DNA from: Vitrella brassicaformis CCMP3155
Lineage: Eukaryota > Protista > Chromerida
Direction of reading: 5' to 3'
Assembly: GCA_001179505.1 (NCBI GenBank)
Contig: CDMY01000563.1
Coordinates: 1-51,537 of the forward strand
Length of the DNA stretch: 51,537 bases
Below are positions 47,903-51,537 of this stretch, piece by piece (within the stretch, counting starts at the first letter, position 1; every line of letters begins with the position of its first letter). The position numbers and the translations under genes were made by a program. The notes under the pieces were generated by a model, which was not told where the DNA came from, searched no databases, and saw nothing but the letters and a program-made list of their open reading frames with translations.

Positions 47903-50900
47903 TCACATTATCACACAGCAAGGCCCACAAGCAGGCTTGTACGGCCGCATGGTCTCTCTGTACTTCTCCATGATCTCTCTGATCTCGGCTTTCTTCTCCC
48001 TGTTCCAAGTGTTAACCGCCGCCATGTCCCAGGGCGTCTGCCCCTGTTGTCATGAGATGAGATGAGCACACCACTCAGCCCATCGATGGTGTGAATGTCT
48101 GTGGGCACTCACGTATGGGCCTTTGATGTCCAGCAGCGCACCGCCGCCCCACTCGAGCCTTTGAGAATGACACACAAGCAGAGAGAGAGTGGATGTGGAT
48201 GAGAAGTTAGCGTCAGTCAGTCTGTGTCGCCCACAGCTGAGACACAGCCGCAGAGTGGCCATTGCCTGCAGCCTTATGGAGTGCCGTGTATCCGATCTGT
48301 GTGTGTCATGCACACAGTGAAAGGCAGTCAATCAGATGAGAGAAGACTGTGTTGTCTCACATTGTCGGTCTGTGTCAGCAGGTCCTTTCGTTTGGCATAC
48401 ATGGCCTCCATCACACCGACATGACCCTCCCAGGCAGCCCTTATGAATGGCGTGGTGCCAAGCTGCAATCAACATACACAGACACGCACACACACTGAGG
48501 CGTCAGAGACATGTGTGTGCTCTCTTACATTGTTGCGTGCATGGATCAGTTTGGGATCCCACGCCAGCAGCTTATTGACCACCGCAACATGGCCCTGCTG
48601 GGCAGCCAAGTGCAGGGCAGTGTCAGCATCCTATTGCATTGCATCACACCCAACACACATTTTCTCCTCATGACCAGCAGCCCAGAAGATGCTTAGGTTG
48701 GTACCGGGCCTGTTTGCTGCAGGATGGACCCGTCCATCTCGTACAGAAACTTCATCGCTTCAATTTTACCAAAGTACGCAGCAAGGTGGAGTGCCGTCCA
48801 GCCGTCCTGTGTGTGTCATGCATACAAAGAAAGGCAATCAATCAGATGAGAGAAGACTGTGTTGTCTTACCTCCCTCGTCTGTGTGAGCAGGTCGTTTCG
48901 TTTGGCATACAGGACCTCCAACACATCGGCCTGACCATTGATGGCAGCCACCATGAATGCCGTGGTGCCATTTTGCAATGAACACACGCACACACACAAG
49001 TGACACACTGAGGCGTCAGAGACATGTGTGTGTTCTGTTACCCAGGTGTGTGCATCGATCAGTTTGGGATCCCACTCCAGCAGCTTGTTGACAGCCGCAA
49101 CATGGCCACTCCCGGCAGCACGGTGCAGGGCATTCGAACCATACTGCATTTCATCACAGCAACACACATCTCTTCACCAGCAGCAACAAAGATGGTTTGT
49201 CTGTGTCAGTACCTTGGTCTCTGTTTGTTTCAGTACGTCAGGTTTGCTCTCATACATGACCGACATGACGCCCACCTGACACTTCTGTGCAGCCAACAAG
49301 AAGGGCGTGATCTACGCGCAGGAGCGAGAACACACAGACAGACCACTGAGTGCATTTCTGCCATCTTCAAAGTTGCATACCTCATAATCGTCTCGTTTGT
49401 CGAGTATGTCCTTTCCCTCCTTGTTGATGAGCAAACGAACGGCCTCGACGGCCTCATCGCCGGCGTTGACGGCATCGAAGATGTCAGTCTGACACACAGC
49501 CAGCACAAGAACAGCGGCCCATTGACGTGTGAGATTCTGCTGCTGTCTCCCTGACGTGTTTGATCTGCGGCTGTGGGGCGCTCGGCGGTGTCTTCACTGA
49601 CGGCTGCTGGGTAGGGAACGCTGCAACACACAAACCATGGATGACCAATCGTATCTCTCTCTGTGTGTTGTGTTCGTGCCTTCCACACGGACCTGTTTGC
49701 TCTTCCGCAACCGCAAGTTTGATCTGTGCGGGAGAGACCGTGCTGGGCGGCCCCGTTGTGGTGCTCGCCATGCTCATGTGAACACCCGATGTGTGGCCGA
49801 CGAGAGACACGTTGGCCGGAGGATGCGAGGCAGCCTCTGCAGAGCACAATGAGGCACAATAACAAGCGCCTATCCAATCGACCTTGTCGGGTGGATCTTC
49901 CAAAAAGCCACCCCAGCGGACCCGTACCAGGTTTCGTAACCACTCTTTCCTTTTCTGATTCCAGATGAGGAGGGGAGGGAGTCGGAGGAGGCGAGATCCC
50001 CAGTTCGTCGAGAACCTGCCATCAAGACGCGTCAAGCGTGTGCGCCTTCCTCTATTTGCCGTCTCTAGAGCTACATGCATCACATGTTTGGCTGTCGGAC
50101 GGTCACTCGCTTTGTATGCGAAGCAACTCTGATCCAGGCAAAGGGGAAAAAAAAAAAATAATAATTGGTACTGTATGGGGCCTCTCTGTCTTGTCTATCG
50201 GTTTGCCTTGATGGCATTCTTAATGTGCGGCGGCAGAGATGCCGGGATGTCAGGAATCTGACACCAAGGGAGGGAGACACGAGTGAATGAATAAGACTGG
50301 GGTGACGGCACAGTACCTCTTTTTTGTCGACGACCTTTCGACTGATCTGCAGGATACCTTGGCCCTCAAACGGCGGTCGACCTGCAGATTATGCCTCTTG
50401 TCTCACATTGTGTCTCGCCTATTGTTGGAGCTGCTGCTCACCTCCGTGAATCTGGCCCAGTACTGGAGACGCACACATACACAGACAGACAGCACAGAGG
50501 CGACGAACTACTGCTTTAGCATGTCTCTTGTGTGTATGAAATTGCTTACTGCCGCCCAAAGCCCATATGTCCGCCTTGGCACTCAGCTTGTCCACTGAGC
50601 GACATAACAGTAAGGCCCTCTAGTAGCATTGTCTCGCTTTGCTTACAGTCTACGTCGAAGCCCTCGGGAGGCATAAAGTTGGGAGTCCCGCCAACTGCAG
50701 CACATGAGTCATTTCTGCTCTTGTGAGCCGCACTGTGAAAGATCTATCTGCGTGTGACTACCGGCAGTCAGCGTTGTTTTTCTATCAGAGCTGCGGATCA
50801 TGCCGAAGTCAGAAATCTTGATGTTGTGGCCTTCGTCCAGCTGACAGCACAAGCGGGACAACAACAAGAGTTCTGAAACTCTGATGGGAGGATCACTACC

Positions 50901-51435
50901 GTGACCGACCAGTATGTTCTCAGGTTTCAGGTCTCTGTGGACGACTTGGTTGTCATGCAAATACTGCACACCCTCACATATCTGTGAGCGAAACACACAC
51001 ACATAGACAGGGGCACACACAAATAATATAGACTCATATATATATTATAGAGACGTGAGAGACCTCTGCATGTATGCTCCTTTCGACCTGTTTGGCGAAT
51101 CTGTCGCGCACATCGGGCGGCAGCGGTCTGTTCTTGGCCAGGTAGGACGCCAGAGAGCCGCCCTCGCACAACTCTGATGAGAATGACGAGCAGACACAAG
51201 AAAGGACAAGGCGGATGGACGAAAATGCAAGAGAAACTGGCTACCTATGACGATCATGAGGCCGTGCTTGTCGTCTCTGCATATGCCCAGCAGCTGCACT
51301 ATGTTGGGGTGTCGCAGCTGGATCATCGGGAGGGCCTCCTTGAGCACCTCCATGAACTGCGACTGCACACACACACACACTCATGGAAACAACAGACACA
51401 GGGAGACTTCCGAGCGGCACCTCTCGGTCGAGCTC
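47903..51435 (-). CDS. Tyrosine-kinase-like protein kinase with ankyrin repeats, copy 2 (5' part absent or replaced; C-terminal CaaX)
   Basis: ELDRE|[42 protein letters not shown]; then the linker; then about eight one-exon ankyrin units. It ends [12 protein letters not shown] (TGA 47903-47905). Same intron positions as copy 1. Homology to copy 1 stops at about 51436. Confidence 0.85.
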
Positions 51436-51537
51436 TGAGCGAAAAGGCCGGTGAGGACCTTTCCTGTAGTTAGCTGAATAGAGGATCTGCTGGGCGGTAA
51501 GTCCCAGAGTAAGAGTGCTTGGTAATAAGACCGATGG

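Noticed and set aside
1942-51435. The two kinase-ankyrin genes as LTRs or ends of a large mobile element
   Set aside because: They are diverged intron-containing paralogues with different ankyrin arrays; there is no transposase, integrase or target-site duplication, and the enclosed genes are housekeeping.
62-51473. Most ORF-track entries (CVCVCV, HTHTHT, DGWMDG, QTDRQT peptides; ORFs running through X)
   Set aside because: They are translations of intronic (GT)n/(CA)n/(GGAT)n/(CAGA)n repeats, antisense shadows of GC-rich exons, or read-through of N gaps; many start at TTG/GTG.

Overview
Eukaryotic, GC-rich, very intron-dense nuclear DNA with short introns full of (CA)n/(GT)n/(TCTG)n/(GGAT)n repeats. 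This style, the apicomplexan-like proteins and the signal+transit (complex plastid) leaders suggest a chromerid such as Vitrella brassicaformis; this is an inference. The ORF track is mostly uninformative, so genes were rebuilt exon by exon by hand. Order: 3' end of an unknown gene; MORN-repeat pseudogene; TKL-like kinase-ankyrin gene (copy 1); POT/PTR-like MFS transporter; cytochrome c; plastid-type thioredoxin; Fe-SOD; a 4.4-kb gene-poor stretch with assembly gaps; one spliced gene fusing a fatty-acid elongase, a delta-9 desaturase and a His-box-dead FAD2-like domain; plastid-type phosphoglycerate mutase; PCIF1/CAPAM-like cap methyltransferase; Zn alcohol dehydrogenase; ankyrin-HDAC; a disordered hypothetical protein; ClpB; two duplicated LEA-like genes flanking a small acylation-motif gene; kinase-ankyrin copy 2. 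The best novel candidate is the ELO-SCD-pseudoFAD2 triple fusion (17527-21583). Other notable signals are polarised AC...GT intron repeats that can base-pair, a 96-nt hairpin after Fe-SOD, a palindromic AGATCT motif in divergent promoters, a phased palindrome array, a GPPY variant of the PCIF1 catalytic motif, and a CaaX box on kinase-ankyrin copy 2. No tRNA, rRNA, CRISPR array or recognisable transposase was seen.
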